Shown: one piece after another, positions 62,040 to 64,000 of the stretch
Numbering within the stretch: position 1 is the stretch's first letter
How the letters are laid out: each line of letters begins with the position of its first letter
Virus record (IMG/VR): IMGVR_UViG_3300035126_000842
Location: 58,314-122,313 of that record
DNA from: a virus
Direction: 5' to 3' (one strand)
DNA: 64,000 nucleotides
Notes under the pieces: model-generated
Databases searched by the model: none
The model's input: only the letters and a program-made list of their open reading frames with translations
Told to the model about the DNA's origin: nothing
Made by a program: the position numbers and the translations under genes

Positions 62040-62302
62040 CACACGACTGTTAGTCGCAATCTGAACTTAAGTACTTAATCTTGCGTGGCTTTATGCTGCG
62101 CAAGGTTAGGTGCTTATTTTCTGCTGTGCGTGTCGTACATTCTTTTGGGGTTTATTCTATACATGATTCCATACATATCGTGTAGCATAAATAAATTTTG
62201 CAATAACTACCTATATATTATCTATCTTCTATATAATAAAGGTTCCTTATACATATATGTTACTTTTGTAGGGAAAAATATCACCCGGTTTTATTTTTTA
62301 TT

Positions 62303-62761
62303 ATGAATACCTATTTTGCAATAATTAGAGTACCACATGACTCATCAGCACAAATATATTTCAATGCTGTTGATGATAGAAAAACTATACAAGATACTAT
62401 TGATTGGAATGCTACAATAGCGGAATATCGTACTATATGGGAAGATAATAATCCCGGTATACCGTTTGTAGAACCTGAACAAATAGAATACGACTATCAT
62501 ACATATCGTATAGGTGATTTAGTATATGATACTTTTTGGGACGATGTGAACCGAATATATTATCTTAACACCGAATTAGAACTTGTTAAACTTTGGGTTG
62601 ATATAACAAGTGCATATAGTAAACCCCACCAATGGAGCAGAATAATACAACTTATAGAAAATTATATTATCTCTGAGTATTCTGAATCTCTTAACTTTAC
62701 AGAGGTAACTCCAGAAATTATACAAGTTATTATTACCATATTAGAACAAGTTACACCTTAA
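62303..62761 (+). CDS. Hypothetical protein
   Basis: 152 aa ORF downstream of motif copy 10. Confidence 0.6.
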   Translation: MNTYFAIIRVPHDSSAQIYFNAVDDRKTIQDTIDWNATIAEYRTIWEDNNPGIPFVEPEQIEYDYHTYRIGDLVYDTFWDDVNRIYYLNTELELVKLWVDITSAYSKPHQWSRIIQLIENYIISEYSESLNFTEVTPEIIQVIITILEQVTP

Positions 62762-62788
62762 ATAACATTAACTACTTAACTTTGTTTT

Positions 62789-63022
62789 ATGAGAATTACT
62801 AAGTCAGATTTACTTTTGTTCTTTTGCAGTATTGTTGTAGCCTTTATGACATATTCTGTCTACAATACAGAAATGGAATACAGAGAACGCAACAAAAAAA
62901 CTTTTTATCATTTTACTATTATAGATTCGTCTATGGTATTATATGATGAAGAGGATAACTACATCGGGTCTACCCAGCTATCAGGTAACATTGATAGTTT
63001 ACTAGTAGATTATTACGAATAG
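62789..63022 (+). CDS. Small membrane-anchored protein
   Basis: N-terminal hydrophobic helix. Confidence 0.55.
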   Translation: MRITKSDLLLFFCSIVVAFMTYSVYNTEMEYRERNKKTFYHFTIIDSSMVLYDEEDNYIGSTQLSGNIDSLLVDYYE

Positions 63023-63036
63023 TAGTTTTTATTACC

Positions 63037-63197
63037 TTTGCACTAATTCACTCTAGGGTGAGCAGTTGTAATATTCATCTCAGCTCCTATAAATAATAAG
63101 TTATTAGAGATGATTACTGTGCACAAGTAGATGACCAAAATCAGTTATTCCTTGAAGAATAACATGAAGGAGTGGCGCTATTACAACTGAGTGCAAA
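63037..63197 (+). ncRNA. Candidate structured non-coding RNA
   Basis: Nested complementary segments TTTGCACT/AGTGCAAA, CAGTTGTAATA/TATTACAACTG, TCATCTC/GAGATGA and GTTATTC/GAATAAC; TACCTTTG promoter box at 63033-63040; no ORF. Confidence 0.45.
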
Positions 63198-63315
63198 AAA
63201 ATGATGTTCTATTTCTAAAAGGATGTCGCTAATAAAAAACTTAATAACTTCCCAAGTTGTTGAGTTTTACTTCTCAAGATTTGGTTTTCTAATAAATTCT
63301 TAGTATATATGCAGT

Positions 63316-63855
63316 ATGAAAACTGTAATTACAAAGGAAATATTAGAAAACCTACTTGAGCAAGGTTTTAGTAGTAATCAAATTGGTAAACAATTAGGCT
63401 ATAGTGGCGTTGGTATAAGATATTACATGAAAAAATGGTTATTATCGTCTATTCATGCCTCAATACAAGATAAAACTTGTTATATAACTGATACACATAA
63501 ACAATGTCCTAAATGTTCTGAAATTAAAGAACTAAATAATTTTGATAAAAGACCTAATGGTAATGTTCAATCTTATTGTAGAAAATGTTGTAATGATAAT
63601 AGGTATTCTATTATTAAACAGCATAAACTCACAATATTAAATGAATTAGGTAATTGTTGTTCTAATTGTGGATACAATAAAAACACATCAGCATTAGAAT
63701 TTCATCATTTAGAACCTGAACATAAAGACTTTCATTTTGGTAGTACAAAAACTACTAATATTGATAAAATAAGAAAAGAATTGGAGAAATGTATTCTTGT
63801 ATGTGCTAATTGCCACAGAGAAATACACTATCCTCAAAATAATAAAACTATATAA
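63316..63855 (+). CDS. HNH endonuclease with N-terminal HTH and Zn ribbons
   Basis: CSNCGY..ALEFHH..K.F..ELEKCILVCANCHREIH. Confidence 0.85.
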   Translation: MKTVITKEILENLLEQGFSSNQIGKQLGYSGVGIRYYMKKWLLSSIHASIQDKTCYITDTHKQCPKCSEIKELNNFDKRPNGNVQSYCRKCCNDNRYSIIKQHKLTILNELGNCCSNCGYNKNTSALEFHHLEPEHKDFHFGSTKTTNIDKIRKELEKCILVCANCHREIHYPQNNKTI

Positions 63856-64000
63856 ATCCTCTATGCTGAGGACACCAGTTTCTTTGATATAAACGGACTA
63901 AACCCAATTATAATTGAAAGAATGTAAGAATAGCTTTCTTACCCTTTATAATATTATCAAAGTTTTAGGTGTAAAACACAATAGAGTAAACTATTCAAAT

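Larger units (their letters stand above)
58614..62289 (+). repeat. Ten dispersed copies of an ATATCAYYYGAA-like motif (putative phage early promoter)
   Basis: ATATCATTTGAA at 58614, 58850, 59660, 59930, 60250 and 60671; variants at 59198 (ATATCATTTACT), 61070 (ATATCAATTGAA), 61399 (ATATCACCCGAA) and 62278 (ATATCACCCGGT). All are intergenic and on the plus strand. Confidence 0.85.

Noticed and set aside
58614-62289. CRISPR or TIGR-like array formed by the ATATCATTTGAA repeats
   Set aside because: The repeats are only about 12 bp, spacing is irregular at 236-879 bp, and the intervals hold genes and terminators.
61425-62306. ORFs 61425..61643 (-), 61480..61680 (+), 61857..62042 (-) and 62085..62306 (+)
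   Set aside because: The first three overlap the 199 aa gene and likely reflect its high GC. The last has no motif or start context and overlaps motif copy 10.
63037-64000. Group I intron or tRNA/tmRNA surrounding the HNH gene
   Set aside because: I found no convincing P7 R/S elements, no T-loop GTTCRA cloverleaf, no tag-peptide frame and no interrupted host gene; kept only as an unclassified RNA candidate.

Overview
The window is about 64 kb of an AT-rich crAss-like (Crassvirales-type) phage genome with a probable Bacteroidota host, read in the standard genetic code. From 58.3 kb down to base 1, everything is on the minus strand. In order it holds a glycosyl/methyltransferase cassette, an amidase endolysin, HU/IHF-like and PD-(D/E)xK genes, terminase, portal, a scaffold-like protein and the major capsid protein. 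These are followed by a small accessory insert, Cys-rich head/tail genes, the tail stabilization protein and a ~27 kb block of giant putative virion cargo proteins. The last of these is a >1360 aa zincin-containing ORF at 1..4088 that the ORF track omits because it runs off the edge. From 58.6 kb onward the genes switch to the plus strand and form an early-type array of small genes. Ten copies of an ATATCAYYYGAA-like motif head these units and most end in an intrinsic terminator. A candidate structured RNA and an HNH gene follow. The most striking unexplained signal is a set of adjacent cargo genes built from modules punctuated by about 27 [hydrophobic/basic]-x-x-Gly-Gly motifs. This suggests di-glycine-processed or di-glycine-tagged polyproteins carrying swappable effector domains. 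Family assignments come from visual motif recognition only; no searches were run.
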